The notes under the pieces were generated by a model. The model was not told where the DNA came from. It made no database searches and saw only the letters and a list, made by a program, of their open reading frames with translations. A DNA stretch of 64,000 bases, taken from contig NC_092384.1 in NCBI RefSeq assembly GCF_030028105.1, positions 26,233,629-26,297,628 of the forward strand, in the 5' to 3' direction. This document shows, piece after piece, positions 24,307-36,977 of the stretch. Origin of the DNA: Mobula birostris. Its lineage: Eukaryota. How positions within the stretch are numbered: the stretch's first letter is position 1; each line of letters starts with the position of its first letter. The position numbers and the translations under genes were made by a program.

Positions 24307-27300
24307 TCTCTCTCTTTCTCACCCTCTCTCTCTCTGTCTCACTCTCACTCTCTCGCACTCTCTTTCTCACCCTCTCTCTCTGTCTCTCTTGTTTCTGTCA
24401 ATTAATTTTTTATCTGTCCTAATATATGTTTGTCTGTTTTTATTTAACAAGCTTCACGTGAATTACTTTCTTAAAACCTTGATGTAATATAGACTTTCTA
24501 CAATATGCTACTAAATCACTATTTATCTTCAACAAATCCAAGCTGGCTATTCTCAATTAATGTATTTCTGAATTCTTACTAATTGTGGGAAATTATAAAT
24601 TCTCAGAGTTGATCCTTAAATGTCCTCATACCAGTTGGTTTATGATTACTTGGCCTATCTTTCTCTATCCTTTGATTAGTAATTCTCCAGTGCTAAATGG
24701 CAATTTGAATACTAAGATTACATCATCCTCCTTTACAAATTATTTCGACTGCATGGAGCTTCCTGATTCCTTCATTTTAGAACTGCTCCCTTCCTGCAGT
24801 GACATATCCCTCTGTGTAGCATCCAGATTCTCATTCCATTAGTACTTGCATCATATAATCCAGTGCTTAATATCTTGCTGCCATTTCATCTTGCACAATT
24901 CATCTCCATCTCTCCTCTCAGATTGGTTCCAGGCTCTCTTTACTTTAAATATTCTTCAGGAAAATAGCTTATATCCCCATAAACTTCCTTACATTATCTT
25001 TTATTCATTTTTCAAACTCCCTTTAAGCAATTCTTATCCAACTTTTCAGATTTCCACATCATTTTCTAAATCCCACTTAACTGTTCTTGGTATTACAGTA
25101 TTAGCCCTATTTCTAATCATATGTTTCATTTAAAATTAAAGTTTAGTTTTACAGTAGTTATTTATTGCAACTTTAGAACTTTGCTCTTCAACGAATTTCT
25201 TTGAATTCATGATCCAATGACGTTCGATAACTTCCTTGTTATATTATGAGTCTTGTTTCCTTTTATCCAATTTGCAATCTGGAGTCACTGTCAACTTTCA
25301 ATAAAACTACTTCTGTATGGTGGAGGAAAACTTAAGATGTTTTTATGGTAATACTGAGCATTCTTTTTCCTCGTGTAACAGAGTGACTCTGGTCGGCATT
25401 TCCGCGGCAGTTCCTTGATCAATGAAAACTGGGTTGTCACCGCTGCACATTGTGGCATGAGGTAAGTCTTAACACCTACAAAGAGAGAAAGAAATGTGCT
25501 GGTGAATCCTTCTCTAATTCCTGAGGGATGATGCAGCTTTAACTGATATTTTTGTTCAAAGTGATATATGAGGCAAAGAAAAATTGCTCTTGTGGGCATG
25601 AACATTGACTTAACGAGGGAAGATCCTTGCATGAATAGTTTGGGAAATCGTTGACTGGAAAGTACAATTTTCACTCCACCCCCACCCCCACCCCTGATGA
25701 AGTTTGGAGTTGCTGGTATCTTGCAACAAGCAAACTCTGTCACTGCTTTTGTTTTTCTTTTGTCACATACAGTACGAACGACTTTGCTATTGTTGGTGCC
25801 CATCACAAAAGCTCAAAAACTGAAGCCAGCCAGAAATCCATGTCCATTGCTAAGGTACGTATCTCCCTGTAAAACTAGGAATTTGTTTGAATTCAGGTCA
25901 AATTTGGGCTACAGTACTGTTAGGATCCAAAATGATGTGCAGAGATGGATGCCATACAGACAGAACACAGGATCTTAGTAAGGGGTGTCCATTACCGAAA
26001 GTGGTTTCAATCTCCAATATGAATATGCCTCGCCATGATAAACTTCATAGCACCAAGAATAGAATCACTAGATATTGATAACAAGCAAAAGCAAGAATTA
26101 TTTCAGGTGCTGCTGAAGATGATAAAAGATTGTTACACATCACCTCCCTCAGGCGTTGGGGCCCCAGTTCTAATCAGATTAATTTTCCTCTGCACTAGCC
26201 CCAATACCCTGACACATGGGCCTTCCAGCAATAAATGTTACTTGCAGTGTAGTAAGTGAAAAGACAAACTCAGTCATAAGGACAGACATGAAGCAAACAG
26301 ATTAGACATTTCATGTTGGAATGCATGGCATAGAGTGGCCATTGATCCTGGCGTCCTGTTCACTAAGGGTTGCCTGTAAAGCCCATCAAGGAATTTGATA
26401 ATGTGTGGGTTGGTATAAGGTCCAGTCTTTGGGATGTATGCCAGAATGCCAGTGTCTGATATGGCCGCACACATGGTAACGTTTGAACCTCTATAGATTG
26501 GTAGCAGGACTGGCACCCTTTTCTCTACATGATTTGTCCTTTGTCTCCTTGTCTTAGATAAGGTTGGGGTATCAACAGATTACCAACGATTGCTTAATTC
26601 ATTGCATTTTGAGTCAATGATTTGGGATTGATTGCTGACACTTCTGAATGATTTTTGCATCTTCTTTTTGTCTTCCGACCACCGTTGTGTCCTGGTGTCG
26701 AGTGGTTTGCAAGAAGTTCATTAGCATTTGAGACAGATGTACATGCAATGAGAAATTGTTGTCTATTGTGCTGAGGTGATTGCTGTTTTGCTCATATAGA
26801 GTTTAGAAATGAGTACATGAACTGCTGGCTTGATTGAAGTGTCTAGGCAACTGAAAAAAAACTAATTATCCCAAAAAAGTTAATCAAATTCAGAAAGGAA
26901 AAACTGAAGAAGTTTTATACAAGATGACAGCACCAGTGTAATGGTAAACCACAGAATACAGCCACTTATTTCCACTTCCAGCTTGTAAGTCTATTTATTT
27001 TTCTTTAAATTGCTGACTTTGTTTTCTAATGAAGGGCTTTTGAATTCTATTTTGAATAAGCAATTCCCCATTCATGAGTGCAGCTGCATTGACATGAAAT
27101 CCAGGAGAGTCTGAAGTTATCGGTCTCAAGCAAGTGCCAACTCTAAAAGATGAGTACTAGGCACAGCCATCATCCATGTTCTCTCTGTTACAGGTCATTA
27201 CACACCCCAAGTGGAACCCCTCCACCATTAATTATGATGTTTCTGTGGTGAAGCTTGCAACCCCCGTTCAGTTCAACAGTCATGTGTCGCCAGTCTGTCT

Positions 27301-27699
27301 CGCCGCTGTATCTGATAACTACCCTGCTGGCATGATGTGTGTCACAACGGGATGGGGAAGGACTCGTGCTTACCGTACGTCAGTTCAAAACTTTACAAAT
27401 TACAGTGTTGCAGTTCCGAGCTCTGTGCCTTTGTACCCTTACCCTGACAGGGAGCAGTGGATAGATTCCCAAGATGATTGGCAATCTGGAAGGTTATGCT
27501 ATGAATAATACTTCATGGCTGCATGGTCAAGGAACAGGATAATTCTGTTCATCAGAGGGATATTGTGGGCTTCTACAACTGATCCAGTGATAGGGTGTTC
27601 ACAGTGTCATATAGATTGGAAATGGGTCCTTCTGCCCAATTGGTCCAAGCAGACTAAGATACCCCATCCAATTTAGTGCCATTTGCCAATGTTTGGCCC

Positions 27700-27920
27700 A
27701 TAACTTTCTAAACCTTTCCAATCCACAGACTCATAGCCTTCCAAATCTTTCAAAACCATAGACCCATAATCTAACTCTTTCCAATCCATGGACCCATAAC
27801 CTTCTAAACCTTTCTGATCCATGGACCCATATCCTTCTAATCCTTTCCAATCCATGGTCCCATAACCTTCAAAACCTCTTTAATGCATGCATCATAACTT
27901 TCTAATCCTTTCCAATCCAG
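27700..27920. repeat. ~33-bp minisatellite derived from the CR1 3' end (~7 units; ~4 units at 9100-9230 and 46310-46435)
   Basis: Repeated ccatggacccataaccttctaaacctttccaat-like unit; ORF 27673-27855 shows periodic MDWKGLEGYGS. Confidence 0.8.
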
Positions 27921-30900
27921 GTACCTGTCCAACTGTCTTTTAAAAGTTGTCATTTTATTTGCCTTACCACTTCTTCTGGTAGCTGATTCTGCATAGATAC
28001 CACCCTTTGTGGAACGAAAAAGGTTGTCTCTCAAGTTTCTTTGAAATCTTTCCACTCTCACCTTAAACCTATGCCCTCTTGGTCTTGATGTCCCAACTCT
28101 GGGGAAAAAGATGGAATACATTCACCCTATCTTTGCCACTCATGATTTTATACCTCTCCATAAGATCATCTTCAGTCCTCTATGCTGTAAGGAATAAAGT
28201 CCTAGCCTCTTCAACCTCTCCCTATAATTCAGTTATTCAAATCCTGGCAACATCCTTATAAATCTTTTTTATACCTCTTCCAGTCTAACAACACCTTTAC
28301 TACAGCAAAGCGACCAAAAATGAATACAAATTCCAAGAGCAGTCTTACCAGCATCCAATACAACCACAACATGACATGACTTCCCAACTTCCCTACTCAT
28401 TGGTCTGAGAGATAAAGGCCAGTGTGTCAAAAGCCTTCTTCACCTCCTCACCTACCTGTGACTTGCACTCTGCTCTACACCACTCCCCAGTGCCCTGCCA
28501 TTCACTGTGAAAATCCTACCTGGATTTGACTTTCCAAAATATAGCACTTCATATTTATCTGAATTCAATCCAATTTTCCACTTTTTGCCCCATTTACCCA
28601 GTTGATCAAGATCTGCCTGTAATTTTTGATAACCCTTTTCCATTGTCCACTATACCACCTGCTTTAATGTTGAATGCAGACTTATTAACCGTGCCTTGCC
28701 CAGATTATTATCCAAATCATTAATAAACAATGGGCTCAGCACAGCCCCTGAGGCACACTATTTGTCATGTGTTTCTAGTCCAATAAGCAACCTTCTACCA
28801 TCACCCTTTGCTTTCTACCATCAAGACAATCATGTATCCAATTAGCCAGCTCTCTCTGCATTCTATGTAATCTCACCTTCCGGAGCAGCCTACCATGTGG
28901 AACTTAATCAAAGGCCTCACTGAAGTCCATAGAAACTAGATCTACCACCCTCCCCTCATAGACTTTCTATGACACATACTCAATCAAGTTCGTAAGACAT
29001 GATCTCCCATGCACAAAACCATACTGATCTAATCAATTCCTGACTTTCCAGATTGACATATATTTTGTCTCTCAGAATCCTTTCCAGTAACTGACAGATG
29101 TTAGGCCTACTGCTTTATAGTTCCCAGGTTTTTCTTTGCCCTCTTCTTAAATAAAGGCACAACATTTGCTACTCTCCTGTCTACTGTCTCCTCAGTTGTG
29201 GCTAACGATGATGCAAATATCTCAGACAAGGCTCCCACAATTTCTTCTCTAGTTTCCCATAGTCTTCTCTGATAAACCTGGTCAAACCTGTTGATTTGTC
29301 TACTTTCCTACCTTTTAAGTCATACAGCACCCTTCTACTGTAATGCAGACTATCCCCAAGACAACTCCATTTAAATTTCTTAGTTGTTAAGTCTTCATGC
29401 AACTCTCTATGGGAAAAAAAAACAGAGGAGAGATATTCATTAAGGACTTTGCCTGCCTCCTGTGGCTCCACACAAAGATATGTCCCTGTGATCTTTGAGG
29501 GGCCTTATTCTGTTTCTATGTTAATATACTTATACAATCACTGTAGAATTTTGTTAATACTCTCTGTCAAAGTTCCCTCATGCCCCCTGTTTGCCCAATA
29601 TCCCTCCAGAGATTTACTTGATCCCAGCTGCTTGTACCTAACCCATGCCTCCTTTTCTCCAGGGTCAGGGCCTCAATATCCCTCATTATCCAATGTTCCG
29701 TACTCCTGCCTGCCTTGCCCTATGCTCCAACAGGAACATGCAGGCTTTGAGCTCTCACTAGATCACATTTAAAAGACTCCCACTTACCTGTGGGCTCTGT
29801 GCCAATAAACTACCTACTCCAAACAATCGCTGTATCCTCCTGTCTCATACTGTTAAAATTATCCTTGCCCCAGCTTAGAACTTGAACCTGTGGACCAGTT
29901 CTGTCCCTTTCCATAACCCTTTAATAACTAATAGAACTATAGTCACTGGTCCCTAATTGCTCCCTCAGTGTCTCCTTCCTAAGTCTAGGTCGAGTTTTGG
30001 CCTCTCCATTGTCGGACCCTCAGTATACTGTCCAAGGTATCTTCCTTGAAATCACCTTAAGCCCTTAACTGTATGTATGTTCCTCAGTATTTTAGGAAAG
30101 TTTAAATCTCCTTCAAGAATACTCCTATTATTCTTGCATCTCTCGACAATCTCCCTGCATGTTTATTCCTCTACTTCCCGTTCACAATTGGGAGGCCTAT
30201 AGTACAATCCCAACATTATTTCTCGGCTCCACCCACAAAGCCTCACTGGACGATCCTTCAATAAACCACAAACCTGATGCAGTCTGTCCATTCCAGAGTC
30301 ATTTGTCGGGTACTCGACTTGAACATCAGCAAAGGTAAATTTTCAAAGAAACAGCAACTTAGAGATATATGGTCATCAATCAATTTGTGCTGACATTGGA
30401 AAACATAGTTTTTAACAGATTGTGGAAAGAATTCCTGAGTTAGCTTCTTGCTTTATTTGTTTTAACATAATATTATTGCATCATAGGATAACTTCACTCA
30501 CCTCAACTCTGAACTGATACCACACTCACTTTCATGGACACTGAAATCATATATTCTGTATTTATTTATTTGTTTATTTATTTTTGCACAGGTTGTTTTC
30601 CTATGCACAGTGGCTATTTGTATTTGTTAATGTAGCTTTTTCATAAATTCTATTGTACTTGTAAGTGCCCGCAAGAAAAATGAATCTCAATTTGGCACAC
30701 GATGACATATACGTACGAACTTTCATGATAAATTTACTGACACGTTGACTTTACTTTTAATCAGACTGAATCAGTTATATGGAGGAGAGAAGCAAATCCT
30801 AGGGGCCTAGATAGAGTGCCGTGGACAGGATGTTTCCTAGAGTGGAGGAGTCTAAGAGCAGTGGGCTCAGGCTCACAATACAAGAATGCTCCTTTAGAAC

Positions 30901-30924
30901 AAGGATGAGGAGGAAATTCTCTCC

Positions 30925-31740
30925 AACCCCAGGCCTCTCAGAATCCCCCGTCACTTTTTGGGACTTCAGAGCCACCATCTTCTTCCCACCCTACCTTCCC
31001 AGAACACCCTAACCCTCCACCAACTCCCCAACTCTTTCTGCACTACATTGACAACTGCATAGATGCTGCCTCACACCTACATGCTGAGCTCATCAATTTC
31101 ATAAACTTTGCCTTCAACTTCCACCCTACCCTTAAATTCACTTGGTCCATTTCTGACACCTCCCTCCCCTTTCTCAATCTTTCTGTCCCCATCTCTGGAG
31201 ACCAACTATCCACTGGCATCTTTTATAAACCTGGTGATTCCCACGGCTATCTTGACGATACTATTTCCACCCGATCTCCTGTAAAAACGCCATTCCCTTT
31301 GCTCAGTTCCTTCACCTCTGTCACATCTGTCCCAGGGATAAGGATAAAGAACGGGGTTTCTCTTCCTCACCTGCATCTCCTCCATTTCCCGGACATCCAC
31401 GTCCACCCCATCTTCCTGCCACCTGAACAGGGATAGAGTTCCTCTTGTCCTGACCTGTCACCTCATGAGCCACTGCACCCAACGCATCATTCTCCACAAA
31501 TTCCGCCGTCTGCAAAGAGATCCTACCACCAACACATCGTTACCTTCCCTCCACTCTCCACATCTTCAGTGGGATCCTAGCACCAAACACATCTTTACCC
31601 CGCCTCCCCCACTATCCGCGTTTCATAGGGATTGCTCCCTCCATGATTCCTTTGTCCATTCAGCCCTCCCCACTAGTCTCTCTCACATATCCCTGCATGC
31701 AACAGAAATGCTACATCTCGCCGTTCACCTCCTCCCTGTC
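30925..31740 (+). mobile_element. Internally deleted Penelope-like fragment, intron 5 of copy B
   Basis: Matches 6290-7010 and 45060-45155 in inverted orientation. Confidence 0.75.
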
Positions 31741-33445
31741 CTGGAAAGAAAAGCCTTATCCTGGCAATAGATACAGTGGAAGCACAAGAACTGAGAAAAG
31801 GGAGACAGGCCGGAAAGAGGTATAGTCAATCAGTAGGTTTATAAATGGTTTCTAATGGTTGAAAATATACCCTTTTACTTTCATTGGAATATGACCCTTA
31901 AAAAAATAAAGCAAAACTGATTGAAGTATCATCTAACGTTTTCACAGCTGCTGAGCGACCTAACAAACTTCAGCAAGCTGCTCTTCCTCTCCTCTCCAGC
32001 GTGAACTGCAGGAACTACTGGGGTAGCAGTGTCACCGATGTCATGATCTGCGCTGGGGCAGCTGGTGCCTCGTCTTGCATGGTATGAAACCTTTTCAAAG
32101 TACTTCAACCTCTTTCAAGTTGCAAAAAGGCAATGAGACCAAGTCTGAGGCTGTGACTCGTTTACAGGGTGACTCTGGCGGCCCACTTGTCTGTCAGAAG
32201 GACAACGTCTGGAACTTGGTTGGCATCGTTTCCTGGGGCAGTGGCTATTGCTCCACCAGCACTCCTGGTGTCTATGCCCGCGTGACGGAGCTCAGGGACT
32301 GGATCGATAGCACCATTGCTGACAACTAAGTGCAAATCAACATGTGAAATGCAAATGAAAATAAATGGACTTCTTCAACATGAATTCTAAACCTGTGTTG
32401 TACTTTAAGGCCTGTCTGGAAATATAAGTTATTAATAAATCTAAGTAATATATGAGTTATAGGGAAAGGGTGAATAAGTTAGCAGCATAGGAGAATGAGC
32501 GGGGATTTGCTTGAGGTGTACAAAATTATGAAAGGTATAGATAGGTTAAATGCAAGCAGGCTTTTCTCCCTCAGAACACAAAATAATCTGCAGATGCTGG
32601 GGTCAAAACACCACTCACAACAGGCTGGAGGAACTCAGCAGGTCGAAAACTGGTAATGCCAAACCCATGAGATAATCAATCTCAGGTTCTAAATTTGTAC
32701 CAGACTGAGATTCTAGAAGCAGCTTCCGCAAGCAGAAGTATATTTCAGCAACATGAGTGCCCTCTAGGTCATCGCTATCAACTAAAGATGAACAATATTT
32801 AAATTTTTAATTGGTAAGATATTGCAGAATTGAAATTACATTTCTTTCTTCTGTTTATTTAAGTAGACATGGTTAAAGTTTCTGTTCAAAGTGCAAAGAA
32901 AGACACTTCTGTGTAATACATTTGTATTCTACAAAATGTAACAGAGTCCTTCACCTCCCCCCAAATAACTGGTAGCAAATTTAAGGAATTTTGTAATTGC
33001 CCTTTAACCGTATGGTAAAAATTGAGCTTTAAGTTAGCCAAATAAATCACCAAATTCTCTCTGTCATTAGAAATTTTGGGGCATTTGTGACAAATTACTG
33101 GTAGATCCATTATTTCCTATCACAACAGGAGTTTAAGAAAAGTTTGCACAGGTACAAGGATAAGAGGGGTATAGAGGGCTATGGTTTAGGGACTAGGCAG
33201 AAGACCAGTTTGGCATGGACTAGATGGGCTGAAGAGCCTATTTCTGGGCTGCAGTGCTCTATGACTCTCTCACACTAAATTACAAGCTGAGCTGGGCTGC
33301 ACTCCACTGCAAGTTTGTCCTTCTCATCAAAGTAAAACGTTTGTTTCAACTGCAAACTTACAAGTTGCACATGGAAAGCAACATAACATAATATAAATCT
33401 GTTTATATCTAAAACAGAAAAGTTGTCAAGAGGACAACTACAAAG

Positions 33446-33634
33446 CTAGTTCTTGCCCTGGTCACAGTCACTACCGATTTTCCTGCAGTAACAAATAGAA
33501 TTAAAGAATCTGCAGTAACAAATGGCGCATGGATCACAGCAAGGCAGAGCATGGCCAAAGCAGGACTCCAGGTGTCGAACGCATCTCCTGGGCGAACGCT
33601 CTGATCTATCCATCTCCACTGCATCAAACATCAC
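33446..33634 (-). CDS. agrp: Agouti-related protein copy 2, coding exon 3
   Basis: VMFDAVEMDRSERSPRRCVRHLESCFGHALPCCDPCAICYCRFFNSICYCRKIGSDCDQGKN*; acceptor cttacAG intact. Confidence 0.93.
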   Translation of the reverse strand: MMFDAVEMDRSERSPRRCVRHLESCFGHALPCCDPCAICYCRFFNSICYCRKIGSDCDQGKN

Positions 33635-33738
33635 CTGTAAGAGAAAATGTTAAAGTTTACAGAATATGAAATGTCACAACACACATCAAAGTTGCTGGTA
33701 AACGCAGCAGGCCAGGCAGCATCTGTAGGAAGAGGCGC

Positions 33739-33774
33739 AGTCGACGTTTCAGGCCGAGACCCTTCGTCAGGACT
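33739..33774 (-). ncRNA. Minimal type I hammerhead ribozyme motif (Penelope terminal repeat), sense to AgRP copy 2 pre-mRNA
   Basis: AGUC-CUGACGA-AGGGUCUCGGCCU-GAAA-CGUC^GACU: conserved core, stem I AGUC/GACU, stem II AGG/CCU, palindromic ACGU stem III. Confidence 0.75.
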
Positions 33775-36002
33775 AACTGAAGGAAGAGTGAGTAAGGGAT
33801 TTGAAAGTTGGAGGGGGAGGGGGAGATCCAAAATGATAGGAGAAGACAGGAGGGGGAGGAATGGAGCCAAGAGCTGGACAGGTGATTGGCAAAAGGGGAT
33901 ACGAGAGGATCATGGGACAGGAGGTCCGGGAAGAAAGACGGGGGGTGGGGGGACCCAGAGGATGGGCAAGAGGTATACTCAGAGGGACAGAGGGAGAAAA
34001 AGGAGAGTGAGAGAAAGAATGTGTGCATAAAAATGAGTAGCAGATGGGGTACGAGGGGGAGGTGGGGCCTTAGCGGAAGTTAGAGAAGTCGATGTTCATG
34101 CCATCAGGTTGGAGGCTACCCAGACGGAATATAAGGTGTTGTTGCTCCAACCTGAGTGTGGCTTCATCTTTACAGTAGAGGAGGCCGTGGATGGACATGT
34201 CAGAATGGGAATGGGATGTGGAATTAAAATGTGTGGCCACTGGGAGATCCTGCTTTCTCTGGCGGACAGAGCGTAGATGTTCAGCAAAGCGGTCTCCCAG
34301 TCTACATCGGGTCTCGCCAATATATAAAAGGCCACATCGGGAGGAAGGGAAGCCCCTTTCTTTAAAAAAGGAAGACATCTCCCTCGTCCTAGAATGAAAA
34401 GCCTCATCCTGAGAGCAGATGCGGCGGAGACGGAGGAATTGCGAGAAGGGGATGGCGTTTTTGCAAGAGACAGGGTGAGAAGAGGAATAGTCCAGATAGC
34501 TATGAGAGTCAGTAGGCTTATAGTAGACATCAGTGGATAAGCTGTCTCCAGAGACAGAGACAGAAAGATCTAGAAAGGGGAGGGAGGTGTCGGAAATGGA
34601 CCAGGTAAACTTGAGGGCAGGGTGAAAGTTGGAGGCAAAGTTAATAAAGTCAACGAGTTCTGCATGCGCGCAGGAAGCAGCGCCAATGCAGTCATCGATG
34701 TAGCGAAGGAAAAGTGGGGGACAGATACCAGAATAGGCACGGAACATAGATTGTTCCACAAAGCCAACAAAAAGACAGGCATAGCTAGGACCCATTCTTC
34801 GGCTCTTCAACTTTTCGACCACACTTTGACTACTGACTCTCACAGCTATCTGGACTATTCCTCTTCTCACCCTGTCTCTTGCAAAAACGCCATCCCCTTC
34901 TCGCAATTCCTCCATCTCCGCCGCATCTGCTCTCAGGATGAGGCTTTTCATTCTAGGACGAGGGAGATGTCTTCCTTTTTTAAAGAAAGGGGCTTCCCTT
35001 CCTCCACTATCAACTCTGCTCTTAAACGCATCTCCCCCATTTCACGTACATCTGCTCTCACTCCATCCTCTCGCCACCCCACTAGGAATAGGGTTCCCCT
35101 GGTCCTCACCTATCACCCCACCAGCCTCCGGGTCCAACATATTATTCTCCGTAATTTCCGCCACCTCCAATGGGATCCCACCACTAAGCACGTCTTTCCC
35201 TCCCCCCCCTCTCTGCATTCCGCAGGGATCGCTCCCTACACAACTCCCTTCTCAATTCGTCCCCCCCATCCCTCCCCACTGATCTCCCTCCTGGCACTTA
35301 TCCGTGTAAGCGGAACAAGTGCTACACATGCCCTTACACTTCCTCCCTTACCACCATTCAGGGCCCCAAACAGTCCTCCCAGGTGAGGCAACACTTCACC
35401 TGTGAGTCGACTGAAGTGATATACTGCATCCGGTGCTCCCGATGTGGCTTTTTATATATTGGCGAGACCCGATGCAGACTGGGAGACCGCTTTGCTGAAC
35501 ATCTACGCTCTGTCCGCCAGAGAAAGCAGGATCTCCCAGTGGCCACACATTTTAATTCCACATCCCATTCCCATTCTGACATGTCCATCCACGGCCTCCT
35601 CTACTGTAAAGATGAAGCCACACTCAGGTTGGAGAAACAAAACCTTATATTCCGTCTGGGTAGCCTCCAACCTGATTGCATGAACATCGACTTCTCTAAC
35701 TTCCGCTAAGGCCCCACCTCCCCCTCATACCCCATCTGCTACTCATTTTTATGCACACATTCTTTCTCTCACTCTCCTTTTTCTCCCTCCGTCCCTCTGA
35801 ATATACCTCTTGCCCATCCTCTGGGTCCCCCCCCCTTGTCTTTCTTCCCGGACCTCCTGTCCCATGATCCTCTCGTATCCCCTTTTGCCAATCAACTGTC
35901 CAGCTCTTGGCTCCATCCCTCCCCCTCCTGTCTTCTCCTATCATTTTGGATCTCCCCCTCCCCCTCCAACTTTCAAATCCCTTACTCACTCTTCCTTCAG
36001 TT

Positions 36003-36038
36003 AGTCCTGACGAAGGGTCTCGGCCTGAAACGTCGACT
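36003..36038 (+). ncRNA. Minimal type I hammerhead ribozyme motif (second arm of the Penelope element)
   Basis: agtc ctgacga agggtctcggcct gaaa cgtc gact. Confidence 0.75.
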
Positions 36039-36909
36039 GTACCTCTTCCTACAGATGCTGCCTGGCCTGCTGCGTTCACCAGCAACTTTGATGTGTGTTG
36101 CTTGAATTTCCAGCATCTGCAGAATTCCTGTTGTTTGCATGAGTCACATACCATTTTCAATTTCTCCAATTTTGCAACAAGAATAACTAATCGCATTTAA
36201 CATTTAAACATGGACTACCGACTATATACCCTGTGGACCAAGTGGTCTCCTCGTTCTTTAAGGAGATATAATGCCGTAAACCTGGGACTATGTAAACCAG
36301 CATTGCCTCTTCCATACATAAGTCAGGGAGTGGTTAAACCAACCTGGGCTAGCCCGGGTAAGGAGGGTGTCTTGGCATTCAGCAGAGCTAAGCCTGCCAA
36401 TAGGCAGATGTGTCCAGGTTATTCAGCTTTAAGAAACACAAGGCAATATTCGGCTTTAGAAACACAAGGCAACAGAAATGACCTCATAACAGATTAGTTG
36501 AGGCTGAAAAATGCAGGTCTTGCTGGTGCTGGAGAGGACAGAACATGATTGCAGAAACACCTAAGGTACCCCAATATCACAGTGCCGTTGGGATTAAAAA
36601 TTGTGTGAGAATATTTCCTCATTCATAATTTTCTTTTATTTTAACTAAGAAACAATTTTATATTAAATAAATACAATTCATATTAAAGAATCCTAAATAT
36701 TAAATAGCAGATGATTGTGTACTAATGTTGGGCCAGAACAGTGAATAACAGAATTTAATTGAACTGCTGATGTTTCAGCTTTGATTTGTATTATATTTTA
36801 CAATATTTGTTATAAAAAGTCAAATTTGAAAAGTAATTAAAATTTAATCAGTTTACCAGATATCAGTCACTCTGCCTTTGGAACGATAATATATAAAAAC
36901 TGGATTTAC

Positions 36910-36977
36910 CTCAGGATTGGGCATCATCTTTTCTGACATTTGATGTTCTTTTTCCAATGTGGGTTTAGTCAGTGGAC
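36910..36977 (-). CDS. agrp: Agouti-related protein copy 2, coding exon 2
   Basis: 68 nt, GPLTKPTLEKEHQMSEKMMPNPE; AG/GT sites intact. Confidence 0.8.

Larger units (their letters stand above)
22188..32329 (+). pseudogene. Chymotrypsinogen copy B; exon 2 truncated by a Tc1 element
   Basis: Exons: 22188-22239, 22354-~22415 (truncated after IVNGE, donor lost), 25382-25461 (HFRGSS = C42R, G44S), 25773-25854, 27194-27374, 31948-32081, 32168-32329 (GDSGGP intact). Confidence 0.92.
33679..36142. mobile_element. Young Penelope-like element in inverted (tail-out) configuration inserted in AgRP copy 2 intron 2
   Basis: Left arm on - (33679-~34795): RT C-terminus LRYIDD plus YIGET, with an in-frame internal deletion. 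Right arm on + (~34831-36142): RT thumb plus GIY-YIG VIYCIRC..YIGET. GTCACA target-site duplication at 33673-33678 and 36143-36148; absent from copy 1. Confidence 0.93.

Noticed and set aside
27673-27920. Periodic repeats resembling a CRISPR array or repeat protein (MDWKGLEGYGS)n
   Set aside because: No unique spacers, eukaryotic context, and the unit derives from the CR1 3' end.
34622-35386. 254-aa (+) and 293-aa (-, 34070-34951) ORFs crossing the Penelope inversion centre as novel genes
   Set aside because: Their N-termini are antisense read-through of the opposite arm; they are by-products of the inverted structure.
36420-36473. ~27-bp tandem duplication in AgRP copy 2 intron 2 (also an 18-bp duplication at ~57649-57685 in L1)
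   Set aside because: Ordinary slippage events with no evident function.
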